Below are positions 9,007 to 19,699 of a stretch of DNA of 64,000 nucleotides, one piece after another. The stretch spans positions 384,001-448,000 of the forward strand of contig CAWHVC010000001.1 of assembly GCA_963832745.1 (NCBI GenBank), given 5' to 3'. The position numbers and the translations under genes were made by a program. Numbering within the stretch: the first letter of the stretch is position 1; the number at the start of each line of letters is the position of its first letter. The notes below the pieces were generated by a model that was not told the origin of the DNA, searched no databases, and worked only from the letters and a program-made list of their open reading frames with translations. The stretch is from Candidatus Bathyarchaeota archaeon (lineage in GTDB: Archaea > Thermoproteota > Bathyarchaeia > Bathyarchaeales > Bathycorpusculaceae).

Positions 9007-10731
9007 TTACACTAAATGGTAAAGCTGAGTTAGGGGTAATTCTTTTGCTGGTTCAGAAGTTATTGGCTTACCGTTGAATGAGACTTTGTATGTTTCTGGG
9101 TCAATCTTTATGTCGCCGAGGGTGCTGTTTCGTATCATGTGCTGTTTGCCGAGGTTTCTTACGTTGTGTACGGGCAAAACCATGCGATGGATTCCATATT
9201 TCTTTTCTATGCCGTTTTCGATTGCTAACTTCGATACGAAGAGGGCACAGGTTCTTGGTTGTGCTAATCCAAATCCGCCCCACATGGGTCGGAAGAAGAC
9301 TGGCTCGACAGGGGGCACTGACGCGTTGGGATCACCCATCATTGCATAGGCAATTAAGCCACCCTTGAAGACAATGTTTGGTTTTACTCCGAAGAATTGC
9401 GGGTTCCAAAGAACGATATCCGCCATTTTTCCTGGTGAAATACTGCCTACATAGTCGGATATTCCGTTGGTTATTGCAGGGTTAATGTTGAGTTTTGCGA
9501 GGTATCTTAAGACTCTAAAGTTGTCATTTTCAGCGGAGTCTTCGGGGAGTTTACCAAATTGGGCTTTCATTTTGTGGGCAGTTTGCCAGCATCTGGTTGA
9601 TACTTCACCTGTTCGCCCCATTGCTTGGCTGTCGGATGAATACATACTAAGAATGCCCATATCATGGAAGACATCTTCGGCTGCGATGGTTTCTGCTCTG
9701 ATTCTTGATTCGGCGAATGCAACGTCTTCAGGAACCTTGGGGTTGAGGTGGTGTGTAACCATGACCATGTCTAGGTGCTCGTCGATGGTGTTAACGGTGT
9801 AGGGTCGGGTGGGGTTTGTTGAGGATGGTAAGACATTAGGTTCTCCGGCGATTTTCATAATGTCTGGAGCGTGGCCTCCGCCAGCACCTTCAGTGTGATA
9901 AGTGTGGACTGTTCGGCCATCTATGGTGTCGATTGTGTCGTCTACATAGGCGCCCTCATTTAGCGAGTCGGTGTGGATTGCTAACTGGACATCATATTCG
10001 TCTGCGACAGTTAACGCTGTATCTATAGACGCAGCTGTTGCACCCCAGTCTTCGTGCATTTTGAATCCGCCTGCGCCAGCTGCTAATTCTTCGATCAGGG
10101 TTTCTTTTTTACTGTCGTTGGCTTTGCCTAAAACTATCCAGTTTAAGGGTAATCCTTCGAAAGACTCGATTAATTTTTGGATGTTCCAGGGGCCGGGTGT
10201 ACAGGTTGTGGCGTTTGTTCCATCTGCGGGACCTGTGCCTCCACCAACGTATGTTGTGATGCCGTTGGCGATTGCGTGGTAAACCTGTTGCGGCGAAATC
10301 CAATGGGTGTGGGTATCAAAGAATCCTGCGGTGGCAATGAGGCCCTCTCCGGCAGTGATTTCGGTCGCGTTACTAACAACCATATTTTCGGTGACGTTGT
10401 CCATGGTGCTTGGGTTTCCGGCTTTACCGATGCCTACGATTATCCCGTCTCGGATGCCAATGTCCGCTTTCACAACGCCCAATAAAGCGTCTAACACCAC
10501 AACGTTTGTTATGACATGGTCTAATGCACCGTCTGCATGTGTTGTGCCTGGCGATAGGCCCATGCCTTGGCGTCCTGTTTTCCCTCCACCGAAAACTAGC
10601 TCGTCACCATAGGTATTAAGATCTTTTTCTATTTCAATTGTCAGGTTTGTGTCAGCTAGCTGGATTTTGTCGCCTTTCGTGGGGCCATACAAGTCTAAAT
10701 ATTGCTTTCGTGGAATCTTCATTTTATTCAA
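9007..10731 (-). CDS. ureC: urease subunit alpha
   Basis: [43 protein letters not shown]. Confidence 0.99.
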   Translation of the reverse strand: MNKMKIPRKQYLDLYGPTKGDKIQLADTNLTIEIEKDLNTYGDELVFGGGKTGRQGMGLSPGTTHADGALDHVITNVVVLDALLGVVKADIGIRDGIIVGIGKAGNPSTMDNVTENMVVSNATEITAGEGLIATAGFFDTHTHWISPQQVYHAIANGITTYVGGGTGPADGTNATTCTPGPWNIQKLIESFEGLPLNWIVLGKANDSKKETLIEELAAGAGGFKMHEDWGATAASIDTALTVADEYDVQLAIHTDSLNEGAYVDDTIDTIDGRTVHTYHTEGAGGGHAPDIMKIAGEPNVLPSSTNPTRPYTVNTIDEHLDMVMVTHHLNPKVPEDVAFAESRIRAETIAAEDVFHDMGILSMYSSDSQAMGRTGEVSTRCWQTAHKMKAQFGKLPEDSAENDNFRVLRYLAKLNINPAITNGISDYVGSISPGKMADIVLWNPQFFGVKPNIVFKGGLIAYAMMGDPNASVPPVEPVFFRPMWGGFGLAQPRTCALFVSKLAIENGIEKKYGIHRMVLPVHNVRNLGKQHMIRNSTLGDIKIDPETYKVSFNGKPITSEPAKELPLTQLYHLV

Positions 10732-11101
10732 CCACTACTCCTTTGAATTTTAGTTTCTTGGCTTTTCTTAGCGCCATCTCTTTTCGATAAATTGTCCTTA
10801 CACTGCCGTCTACGAGGTTGTTGAATCCGTGGATGTATTTTTTACCGCCATATTCAACAAGGGGCACTTCTTTTTCTTGGCCTGGTTCAAATCGTACACT
10901 TGTGCCTGCAGGCAGAGCGAGTTTCATTCCATAGGCTTTTTCTCTGTCAAAATCTAGTGCTCTGTTGGCTTCGAAGAAGTGAAAATGCGAACCTACTTGA
11001 ATGCCTCTATCGCCAGTGTTTTTCACTTTCAAGGTTATGGTTTTTCTATTTGGGAATGCCTCAATGTCGCCTGATCCCAAGGTAATTTGTCCGACGGTCA
11101 T
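10724..11101 (-). CDS. ureB: urease subunit beta
   Basis: [28 protein letters not shown]. Confidence 0.98.
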   Translation of the reverse strand: MTVGQITLGSGDIEAFPNRKTITLKVKNTGDRGIQVGSHFHFFEANRALDFDREKAYGMKLALPAGTSVRFEPGQEKEVPLVEYGGKKYIHGFNNLVDGSVRTIYRKEMALRKAKKLKFKGVVVE

Positions 11102-11419
11102 TTAACTGCCTCCTTTCGGTTGAATTGGATTATGGACACTTACTAATTTGGTCCCATCGGGGAACGTTGCTTCGCATTGAACCATTGGTATCATATCAGC
11201 TACACCAGGCATAACATCATCCATTGACAAAACATGCCTAGCATCTTTGGCGATTTGAGCTACACGGACACCCTTTCTTGCTTCCTCTTGCACGAAATCA
11301 GCAATTAGTGCAACTGCTTCTGGATGATTCAGCTTTAGGCCAGCTTTGTGCCTGCGATCAGCCATTTGAGCAGCAACGAAAATCATCATTTTCTCAGTTT
11401 CACGTGGAACTAGTTTCAT
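11102..11419 (-). CDS. ureA: urease subunit gamma
   Basis: [30 protein letters not shown]. Confidence 0.98.
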   Translation of the reverse strand: MKLVPRETEKMMIFVAAQMADRRHKAGLKLNHPEAVALIADFVQEEARKGVRVAQIAKDARHVLSMDDVMPGVADMIPMVQCEATFPDGTKLVSVHNPIQPKGGS

Positions 11420-11845
11420 TTTGTTTCATCCTTATTTTTTTAAAAAAAACCTGATTATTTTTAAATAAAATCGTTTTCATAAGGGTATGTTACACCTAGT
11501 TGTTACTACTTTTTTTAAAAGTTAATACTTCTTTTTTAGAAATTCACACTGATGTGTATGAAAAATGTGGTAGGTACGGACATTTAATTCGGCATTCAAA
11601 ATCTACTTCGCATGTTAATTCCGAAAAACTTAAAAAAGCAGTTATTTTATGGTTTTATGATTAGGTTTGCCAAAACGACTTATCTCAAGCGGGATAAATA
11701 ACCCAATATCTTCTGGCAGAAAAAAGGTTGGAAAGTGCAAGGGTGATAATCTTTATGTCCAGAGTTTAAAAACTATCATTCTTGATGGGGCGAATCACGT
11801 TGCATTCCTGTCAATGGAGTCAAACAGGTCAAGGAGGCGATATAC

Positions 11846-11989
11846 GTGTCAGAAACTAGAATCATTGTCTTGGAGGAAAAACTTGCTGAATTAGAAAAAA
11901 GACTTCAAAAATTGGAGAAACATGAGGAACGACTTGAAAAATTGGAGAAGAAGCATGAGGTCACAGCGCCCCATTCGTTTGTTGTTTAG
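11846..11989 (+). CDS. 47-aa coiled-coil microprotein
   Basis: Strong SD AAGGAGG, then GTG; MSETRIIVLEEKLAELEKRLQKLEKHEERLEKLEKKHEVTAPHSFVV with leucine heptads; below the ORF-track cutoff. Confidence 0.7.
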   Translation: MSETRIIVLEEKLAELEKRLQKLEKHEERLEKLEKKHEVTAPHSFVV

Positions 11990-12165
11990 AAAAGGATGAA
12001 CTTAATCACGAAAACACATTTTTCTATGTCTCACGGGTAACTGCATATAATACAATCGACAGTTTGTACTATACAAAGGACTAAAATAGTAACACAAACG
12101 ATTGGTGTTGTGGTAGGTTGGGCCCAACTACAAACCTATAAATCGGAACTAAATCAGCCTTTAAT

Positions 12166-13308
12166 ATGGCGGTTTTTGTGGATCCGATTTCAGGAGCTAT
12201 TAATTTTATCCTTAACGGTGTCGGGCAAGTATTCTTTATGGGTTCGCCGTTAACTGGAATTATTTTCGTGATTGCGCTCGCTATAAACTCAAGAAGAGCC
12301 GCTGCTCTTGCGGTAATAGGCTCTATTTTGGGTGGGTTAGTAGGCTGGGGGCTAGGCATAGAGCTCATACCGGCTTCTTTGTCTTCTCCGGACAATTCAG
12401 TAATTTATGGAATTTTCGGGTTTAACTCTGTTCTAACCGCTATCGCATTGGGTGATACCTTCTTAGAGAAGGGAAAAGGAGCATGGGTCGCAGCCGCATT
12501 AGGCGCGGCAATTACAGGATTTGTCACTGCTTCTCTTATCTGGTTTACAGGCATATTTGGGATACCCGTGCAAACTTCAGCGTTTGTTTTAACCACATGG
12601 ATTATTCTATTTGCTGTTTATAAGATGGGCAACCTTAAACTTGCTGGTCCACCTCCTGTGCCAAAACAAAGAAGCTCAATGTTGAAGAATCCTCAAAATA
12701 TTGAAAAAAAAGAACCTTTACAGTTAGGGGAATTATCTGCAGGCGGTTTTGTAAAACTGATTTTTACAGGTGTAGCACAAGTAATGTTTCAGGAAAACTG
12801 GAAAACAGGGGTTGTTTTTTTTATAGGATTAACCGTTGCCAGTTTTTCTTTGGTTCCATATGGTTTTCCAGGGCAATATCCAATATATTTCGCTGGGGTA
12901 ACTGCTTTTATAGGGACTCTTTCCGCCACTTTAACAGCTATTGCCTTCAAAGCTGATAGACAATCAGTTTTAATCGGTCTTTACGGATTTAATGGTACCT
13001 TAACGTCGCTAGCAGTCATGGGTGTCTTCCTTGGATTTCTTTGGCCTATAAGCCCATTTAATGGTTCATGGGTTAATTTTTTTGTTATGCTCTTTGCTGC
13101 TGCATTTTCTTCTGTAGTTACAGCTTTTATTGGAACAATAACTAGCCGCTTTAAGTTGCCAACTTTGACTGCACCGTTTGTTTTCACAGCATGGCTAATA
13201 GAGTTAGGCGCGCATCTCTTTCCTAACATAGCACCCGCCAGTCTACTTTTACTAACACAGCCCACAGCCACGGGAATTCTCCAAATCGTCCCTTCCCTGA
13301 TAATATGA
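12166..13308 (+). CDS. urea transporter (UT/Yut family)
   Basis: Duplicated halves GVGQVFF...GIFGFN...PVQTSAF and GVAQVMF...GLYGFNG...LPTLTAPF. Confidence 0.92.
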   Translation: MAVFVDPISGAINFILNGVGQVFFMGSPLTGIIFVIALAINSRRAAALAVIGSILGGLVGWGLGIELIPASLSSPDNSVIYGIFGFNSVLTAIALGDTFLEKGKGAWVAAALGAAITGFVTASLIWFTGIFGIPVQTSAFVLTTWIILFAVYKMGNLKLAGPPPVPKQRSSMLKNPQNIEKKEPLQLGELSAGGFVKLIFTGVAQVMFQENWKTGVVFFIGLTVASFSLVPYGFPGQYPIYFAGVTAFIGTLSATLTAIAFKADRQSVLIGLYGFNGTLTSLAVMGVFLGFLWPISPFNGSWVNFFVMLFAAAFSSVVTAFIGTITSRFKLPTLTAPFVFTAWLIELGAHLFPNIAPASLLLLTQPTATGILQIVPSLII

Positions 13309-13332
13309 CTCGGAGAGATTGGAGTGTTATAG

Positions 13333-14655
13333 ATGTCGGCTAATATTGCTACAGAGACCCTGTTCAATAATCTCTGGGTATTGATTTGTGGTGTTCTTGT
13401 TTTCATCATGACTATCGCAGTGGGTATCCTAGAACGAGGAGAACTGGGACGGTCCTCAAATAGGGCTCTGCTGAAAAACATTTTCATTTCTTGCTCAGGC
13501 TTCTTTTTTATGGCCTTCATCGGCTTCAATATCGCTTTTGCACCAACAATTGCGAACGGCTTAATCGGTAACCCTCTTTACACTTCGCCCTTCCTCGGAA
13601 GCTTTCAGTCAAACGCCGTTGCTATACACACCCAAACATGGTGGTCAATGACCCCCACCTACTTCAATAACTTCATTACACTTCCCACCTATTTTTTCTT
13701 CGAAACAGCCTTTGCCACAGTAACCTTGGCTCTAGTTGGTGTAATCGTCTTAAGAAAAATTAAGCTAAGTTCATTTTTCCTTTTTTCAATACCCTATTTT
13801 ATCCTTATATGGGCACTGCCGGCTGCTTGGATATGGAACCCTCAAGGCTGGCTATACTTGTTGGGCGTAAGAGATTTTGCAGGTGGACTGGTGGTTCACG
13901 GTGCTGCAGGTGCAGCAGGTCTAGCCATCGTTTTTAGGGTCTGGCAAGAGGAAAAAAAGAAAGGCTACCGTGAAAGCCCCCAGATAAAGCCTAAGCCAAA
14001 CACGCCCTGGTTAGCCTTGTCAATTCTTCTGCTCTGGTTCGGCTGGTTTGGTTTCAACCCTGGAAGCACCTTAGCGCTAAACATCCAATCGTACATTGTA
14101 GTTTTGATAACTTTCTTAGCCGCCGCAACTGCCTTTTTGTTTACGATGTTTTTTAAGTACTTAGAAATTAGAAAGATGCCCAGTATAATGTACGCTGCAA
14201 ATGGTGTGCTCATCGGGCTAATAGTCATCACCCCTGTTGCCGGTTATATTGGTCCCGAGAGTGCAGTAATTCTTGGAATATTGGGTTCAATTGTGTTTAT
14301 TTTAGGAGAGAAGCTTTTCGCGAGAATTAAATGGTTCACTGACCCAGTTGGGTTGTTTCCGGGACACTTTCTCGGTGGCTTATTTGGGTTTATCATGGTT
14401 GCCTTTTTCACACAGAAAGTGTATGCTGATTTTGGCGGCGGATATGGTTTGCCTGATGGATTACTTTTCGGCGGGGGCTTGAATGCATTACGACAACTTG
14501 GGATTCAGATGTTAGCTATTCCAGTTGTTCTTGTCTCTGTCTTTGTTTTATCATACGTTTTCATGTGGATAATTAGCAAGAGCACACATGGCATAATCAA
14601 CGAATACCCTGCTAAAGGAACTAATCCTAAATCAGCAATCAAACCAACAACCTAA
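13333..14655 (+). CDS. amt: ammonium transporter (Amt family)
   Basis: WIWNPQGWL, DFAGGLVVH, WFGWFGFNPGS, second His in DPVGLFPGH. Confidence 0.93.
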   Translation: MSANIATETLFNNLWVLICGVLVFIMTIAVGILERGELGRSSNRALLKNIFISCSGFFFMAFIGFNIAFAPTIANGLIGNPLYTSPFLGSFQSNAVAIHTQTWWSMTPTYFNNFITLPTYFFFETAFATVTLALVGVIVLRKIKLSSFFLFSIPYFILIWALPAAWIWNPQGWLYLLGVRDFAGGLVVHGAAGAAGLAIVFRVWQEEKKKGYRESPQIKPKPNTPWLALSILLLWFGWFGFNPGSTLALNIQSYIVVLITFLAAATAFLFTMFFKYLEIRKMPSIMYAANGVLIGLIVITPVAGYIGPESAVILGILGSIVFILGEKLFARIKWFTDPVGLFPGHFLGGLFGFIMVAFFTQKVYADFGGGYGLPDGLLFGGGLNALRQLGIQMLAIPVVLVSVFVLSYVFMWIISKSTHGIINEYPAKGTNPKSAIKPTT

Positions 14656-14717
14656 CGAACTGGAACCAGAAAACAGAGGTCTTTTATGAATGGACCGAGT
14701 AATGGAGAAAACCAGTT

Positions 14718-16886
14718 TTGTCTAAGCGACTCCCAACATCCATCACAACTTTGCAGCATTGGGTAATTTACGGAGTATTAATTGGAACAGTAACTGGCTT
14801 TGGAACCGCTCTTTTCTATTTTGCACAGCAAACAGCAACAACTCTACTGATAGGCGACGCTGCCGGATTTGCAATCCCACTTCCAGCAGGAGAAGGAACA
14901 ACAATAGCGCCTAGCTATATTGGCGTGCGATGGCCCCTTTTATTTATCTTTCCAGCTATCGGCGGCTTGATTTCAGGGTTTCTTGTTTACACCTTTGCCC
15001 CTGAAGCTGAGGGCCATGGAACCGATGCTGTAATCAAGGCGTTTCATAGACATAGAGGAAAAATAAGGCGCCGGATTCCATTAGTTAAAGGTTTAGCAAC
15101 AATTGCAACATTAGGCTTCGGAGGCAGCGCTGGACGTGAAGGACCAGTAGCTCAAATAGGCGCTGGTTTTGGGTCTATGATTGCAAACCTAAGGAAACTC
15201 AATGAATCTGACCGCAGAACCCTTGCCATTTGTGGAGTCGCGGCTGGAATAGGCAGCATTTTCAAAGCACCTTTTGGAGGCGCAATCTTTGCAATCGAAG
15301 TGCTCTACAAAGAAGATTTTGAAGTTTCAGCGTTAATACCTGCGTTCATTTCTTCAGCAGTATCTTATACTATTTATTCAATATTTTTCGGATTTAACTC
15401 CATCTTTGGGCAGACAAGCTTTGTTTTCAATAATGCATTTGACCTTATACCCTATGCGCTATTAGGCCTTTTTTTGGCACCTATTGCCATAGCTTACATC
15501 AAAGTTTTCTATGGAATCCATGATTTATTCGCGAAAATAAAAATTCCTAATCATTTTAAGCCCGCTATCGGTGGATTCATATTCGGATTCATAGCCTTAT
15601 TGGTTCCTCAGACAATGGCGGTTGGTTACGGCTGGCTGCAATTAGCAATTTATGGCCAAATTGCATTAGTTTCGATGGTTGTAATAGGGATTGCAAAAAT
15701 CTTTGCCACAGGATTAACAATAGCTACGGGAGGTAGTGGAGGTGTCTTTGCTCCATCCTTAATGATAGGCGGCATGTTAGGTGGGGCGCTTGGCATAGTC
15801 CTTAATTTGATAAATCCAACATTATTTCCTCAGCCTGGAGCCTTTGTAATTGTTGGCATGGGCGCTTTCTTTGCGGGAGCAGGTCATGTTCCCATAGCCG
15901 CTATCATAATGGTTTTTGAGATGACCCGCGATTACTCGCTGTTCGTTCCCGCCATGGTTGCTTGTACATTAACCTACATATTCGTTCGCAACTATACAAT
16001 ATATATCGAGCAAGTTCCACGCAGAAGCGATTCGCCTGCACATATAGGGGAGTTCAACCGAGACCTACTAGAACAAGTTGGTGTAGACCAAGCAGCAACT
16101 AAAAAAGTCGTCACTGTTTCCTCTAAATCTCCTGTAGAGGAAATCACCCATCTTATCCTATCGACGGGTCACAGGGGGTACCCTGTTGTTGATGATGGAA
16201 AACTTGTTGGAATAGTGACTTATCGCGATGTAGTCAAAGTCGACGCTAAATCGAGAGAAACAACAAAGATTAGTCAAATAATGACCACTAACCTTCATGT
16301 TATCTATCCACGAGATAGCGTGTTTTCAGCACTCTATCAAATGGAGCTTAACCAAGTTGGAAGACTACTTGTAGTTAACCCAAATGAACCTTCAAATCTT
16401 TTAGGAATAATCACAACGACCGACATAATATTAGCTCACGAAAGGGTAACTCAAAAAGAAGGAAAAATGCATAAAACAGCTTTCTTCCAGAAAATCATTG
16501 TTAAAGAGATTATGACTACAAAAGTAGTAACCGTATCAGCATCGACCCCGATTTCTAAGTTTGAAGTAATCGCTAGTGAAAACGGACATGAGAGTTACCC
16601 TGTATTAGACAACGAAAAAATTGTAGGCATAGTAACACTTAGAGGGCTTATCAAAAGCCTTACATTAAATAAACCCGCCAAAACTGTGTCTGACATATTG
16701 AGTGATAAGTACATTACGGTTTATAGCGACATAACTGTTGCAGATGCGTTAACAAAAATGTATAAAAGCAATATTTGGCAGTTGATGGTGATTGATAAAG
16801 CTAATCCTGATAAGTTAGCAGGGTTGGTGACCTTTGCAGATATCATGAAAGTCTATATTTCCGAACAGATTTTAGCTCTCGACTGA
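14718..16886 (+). CDS. CLC chloride channel family protein with four CBS domains
   Basis: EGHGTD, GREGP, GGSGGVFAP, FEMT; two CBS pairs at the C-terminus. Confidence 0.95.
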   Translation: MSKRLPTSITTLQHWVIYGVLIGTVTGFGTALFYFAQQTATTLLIGDAAGFAIPLPAGEGTTIAPSYIGVRWPLLFIFPAIGGLISGFLVYTFAPEAEGHGTDAVIKAFHRHRGKIRRRIPLVKGLATIATLGFGGSAGREGPVAQIGAGFGSMIANLRKLNESDRRTLAICGVAAGIGSIFKAPFGGAIFAIEVLYKEDFEVSALIPAFISSAVSYTIYSIFFGFNSIFGQTSFVFNNAFDLIPYALLGLFLAPIAIAYIKVFYGIHDLFAKIKIPNHFKPAIGGFIFGFIALLVPQTMAVGYGWLQLAIYGQIALVSMVVIGIAKIFATGLTIATGGSGGVFAPSLMIGGMLGGALGIVLNLINPTLFPQPGAFVIVGMGAFFAGAGHVPIAAIIMVFEMTRDYSLFVPAMVACTLTYIFVRNYTIYIEQVPRRSDSPAHIGEFNRDLLEQVGVDQAATKKVVTVSSKSPVEEITHLILSTGHRGYPVVDDGKLVGIVTYRDVVKVDAKSRETTKISQIMTTNLHVIYPRDSVFSALYQMELNQVGRLLVVNPNEPSNLLGIITTTDIILAHERVTQKEGKMHKTAFFQKIIVKEIMTTKVVTVSASTPISKFEVIASENGHESYPVLDNEKIVGIVTLRGLIKSLTLNKPAKTVSDILSDKYITVYSDITVADALTKMYKSNIWQLMVIDKANPDKLAGLVTFADIMKVYISEQILALD

Positions 16887-17246
16887 ATGTTGAATCAAAA
16901 AAACGTCTTTTCTAAGAAACCGATAAAAAAGGACACAATTACATAGCTCAATAACAGTTTGATATCGTCTTATGTTTTTAGGATGAATAATTGTGCAAAG
17001 AAGGGCGTATTATGTTGGGTTAGTGGGTCTTCTTTTGCTCTTTATGGGTTTGTCCTATACCCAATAAATGCAGTGGTCCAATTTTGGTAGACATAACCTG
17101 GTTGGTGGTATACTGTATTATTGATGTTTTTGGTCTTTCATTCGCATTTATAGGAGACTTTTGGAGACTAAGCTTTGGAGAAAAGAGAAAATTTCTACAG
17201 ACTTCCTTTGCGAACCACTGCGAACACATTTTACATCGTAAGACAC

Positions 17247-18152
17247 TTAACTGATTAGTAGGCCCAACGTAAAACTAAGCAGTGGAGCCACTATCCAGCC
17301 CACCACTATGGTTAAGAAAGGTTTTAAGGACATAAATCGGCCCTTATATGATATTCCTGCTCCAAAAACTGCCGCTGAGAGTGTCTGAGTATTTGAAAGA
17401 GGAATATTAAAAACTGTAGCTATCTCAACCAGTACTGTGGATGCTAAAAGCGTTACGGTCGTGTTAGGATATCGCATCAAGAAGAGTTCTTGAGAGACTC
17501 GTTTAATCTCTCCTGCACTAAAAAAGAATGAGCCTATAAATATGGCAATAACTGCCAAAACTATAGCTATTATGCTTTCGCTGCCAGTGGCAACTATTAG
17601 ACCAAGGGTGTTTGCACCAAGAACGTATGCTGAAGAAAAAGAGAAAATAATTATGGCTATTTTATAAATTTTCAAACGCTTCCAAATATCTTTTGATTTG
17701 GTGTGGAAGAGTTTTAGTGCAAAAAATACAAAAATGATAGCGACCACGGGTGCAACGACCCACATAACTACAACTGTAAAGATATACCCCTGATCTATCA
17801 AACTACCCCTTGCGATCGATAACCCTGCAAGTAAACCTGTAAGCGACATAGTGTAAGAAAGTGGAACTCTCATAACATCCGCAATTACAAAGATAACTAT
17901 AGTGACCAACAATGCTTCGGCTTGAAGCTCTGGTGTCACATTTGGCAATAAAGTATCCACAGATTTTTTCATCAGGGTTCCTTGAATGAGTAGTCCGCTT
18001 GTAAATCCAACGGCACCTAAGAGGATTCCAAAGTTTTTTCCCAAAATTCTCGAACCTATTGCAGGACCTACGCATGCGGACAGGTTGTTCCCGGAAACTA
18101 GCATAACCGTTAGAAAGGTCAGCGCAATCAAAGCTATCGATATTAACAGCAT
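17247..18152 (-). CDS. inorganic phosphate transporter (PiT) family anion permease
   Basis: GNNLSACVG and GANTLG PiT-like repeats, PLSNTQ, W..AP; paired with DUF47. Confidence 0.85.
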   Translation of the reverse strand: MLLISIALIALTFLTVMLVSGNNLSACVGPAIGSRILGKNFGILLGAVGFTSGLLIQGTLMKKSVDTLLPNVTPELQAEALLVTIVIFVIADVMRVPLSYTMSLTGLLAGLSIARGSLIDQGYIFTVVVMWVVAPVVAIIFVFFALKLFHTKSKDIWKRLKIYKIAIIIFSFSSAYVLGANTLGLIVATGSESIIAIVLAVIAIFIGSFFFSAGEIKRVSQELFLMRYPNTTVTLLASTVLVEIATVFNIPLSNTQTLSAAVFGAGISYKGRFMSLKPFLTIVVGWIVAPLLSFTLGLLIS

Positions 18153-18159
18153 TTGTTGG

Positions 18160-18843
18160 TCACTTGAGGATGGAGGTAACTATTGAAACAATCAGTTGTG
18201 AAGCGTCTTCGCATGAATCTAAAATGTCATCAGATTTGTGAAGAACTTCAGAGTAATGGTAAAATTGTAAATATGGTAATTTTGGCGCTATCCTGTAAAG
18301 TTTATCAAAGCCTTGATCTTTCACTTCATCGCCCTGTTCTTCTAGTGCTTCAATTTCTTTACGTAAACTCGCTATTTCTTCTTCATCAGATACAGAAAGC
18401 ATTTTTCTTAATTTTCCAAGCGATGTCTCTGCAAGACTAAATAGATTCTCGTAAATTGACGCCCAGGCTGCTTCTTGATGTGCTTTAAAATCAATCGAGT
18501 GAGTCTCGGACATTCGGTTTAGTTCTCTACTTATGTAATAATAAGTATCGATAATATCGTCAGCGGTTTGAATGCATTCGAGAAGATTGTCGATTATATT
18601 TGGGCTAATTGCTCCACCTGTAACCTCCTCGCTTATTCGAAAGGCAACTATATCAGATTTTTTTTCTAACCATCGCACCGACTCCATATCTGTCGATAAG
18701 ATCTGTTCATTGTAGTTCACTTTGAGCATTTCGTTAACAATGGCATTTGTTTCAAGCGATATACCTATTATTTCAGAAAGTTCTTTGAAGATATTTTTCT
18801 CTCCAATAACTAAAATACCTTTCAGAGATTTCACAGATAACAT
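18160..18843 (-). CDS. DUF47/PhoU-like phosphate transport regulator
   Basis: LEKKSD..., ALEEQGDEVK, SDDILDSCED; directly upstream of the PiT gene. Confidence 0.88.
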   Translation of the reverse strand: MLSVKSLKGILVIGEKNIFKELSEIIGISLETNAIVNEMLKVNYNEQILSTDMESVRWLEKKSDIVAFRISEEVTGGAISPNIIDNLLECIQTADDIIDTYYYISRELNRMSETHSIDFKAHQEAAWASIYENLFSLAETSLGKLRKMLSVSDEEEIASLRKEIEALEEQGDEVKDQGFDKLYRIAPKLPYLQFYHYSEVLHKSDDILDSCEDASQLIVSIVTSILK

Positions 18844-18915
18844 CCCTAAAAATTATAAGCCTTCTATGTAAATGAAGCCGAGAGACCTTTAAAAAGATAA
18901 AACTATTCATAGGGT

Positions 18916-19175
18916 CTAGGCAAAAATAAGTAAGCTTTTGTCTGTGGCTGCTATGATTGCTTCTCCCTGTTGCCGGGCGATTTTCTGCAGGTTGTATGCG
19001 ATAATTTTAGCGGTGTCTCTGTTCAGACATACAGCGAACTCATCCATAAGCCACCAATGCTTGTCACTTTCGATTAGCTTGGCAATTCTGTATCGATACC
19101 GTTGGCCATCGCTTGATTGGCGGTATGTTACGCAGGAAAAGAACAGCATCATTTAAGCCAACTTTGCTACAATTC
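18916..19175 (-). pseudogene. ABC-type ATPase fragment of the kind found in mobile elements
   Basis: VGLNDAVLFLR / SDGQRYRYRIAKLI...MDEFAVCLNRDTAKIIAYNLQK (signature and Walker B); frameshifted, no Walker A. Confidence 0.65.
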
Positions 19176-19179
19176 CAAG

Positions 19180-19245
19180 CTTTCTTCGATGAGTTGTCCT
19201 GAGCGGTCGTTCTTCGTTTATGTCCCAGGGTTTGCCCTTTACCAA
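19180..19245 (-). pseudogene. N-terminal stub homologous to the 26003-26439 protein
   Basis: GGAGG plus TTG, then VKGKPWDINEERPLR, matching MKGKPWSAEREKQLR. Confidence 0.55.
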
Positions 19246-19474
19246 TCCAGCGCCTCCAAATCAACACTGAAAACGGCTTTGCGCTCTTGCCGCTCTTTAC
19301 GAACTATCTGCATAACGGCTAGCTGGTTTAGATACGCGCTCTCAACCGCCCGCTCCTTTCCAGTTACGTTAGCTACTCTTGAGCGGTACCCCTGCCAAGC
19401 TTAATCAAAGTCAACATTAATGACTTAGAGATGTTTGGGGAAATCCAGTATCTTGTAGAGGCACCGCTGGCTCA

Positions 19475-19693
19475 TCATGATTCTTGACCCACAAAAACCC
19501 CCCATAACCGTACCGCATAAACCCTAATGCCAGCAAAAAGCTCACTATTCCAAGTATGCAGAAGCGCTAAACTTGCAATCTCAACAGCAGTTAAACAGGC
19601 GACGATTCCTAAAGCACATTTTACGGCGCTAACCAAGTTGTTGTTTGGTTCTTCTTCTATCCAATGCCCACACTGCATCCGCCGCCTTGTCAA
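19475..19693 (-). pseudogene. small membrane protein, decayed homolog of 27162-27434
   Basis: EEEPNNNLV...VEIASLALLHTWNSELFAGI aligns with EEPDERLV...LEVVSMVCLNTWNSEIFASI. Confidence 0.6.
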
Positions 19694-19699
19694 GGCACG

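Noticed and set aside
9074-10612. Many overlapping ORFs within ureC
   Set aside because: Antisense or alternate-frame shadows of a conserved gene.
11667-11894. 75-aa ORF in the track
   Set aside because: No features; it overlaps the better supported 11846-11989 microprotein in another frame.
11420-12166. NrpR operator or the 24-bp palindrome in the divergent ure/UT region
   Set aside because: No GGAA-N6-TTCC and no convincing TGTGAYTG-N8-CARTCACA found by eye.
17020-17229. 69-aa ORF between CLC and PiT
   Set aside because: No family signal; possibly decayed sequence.
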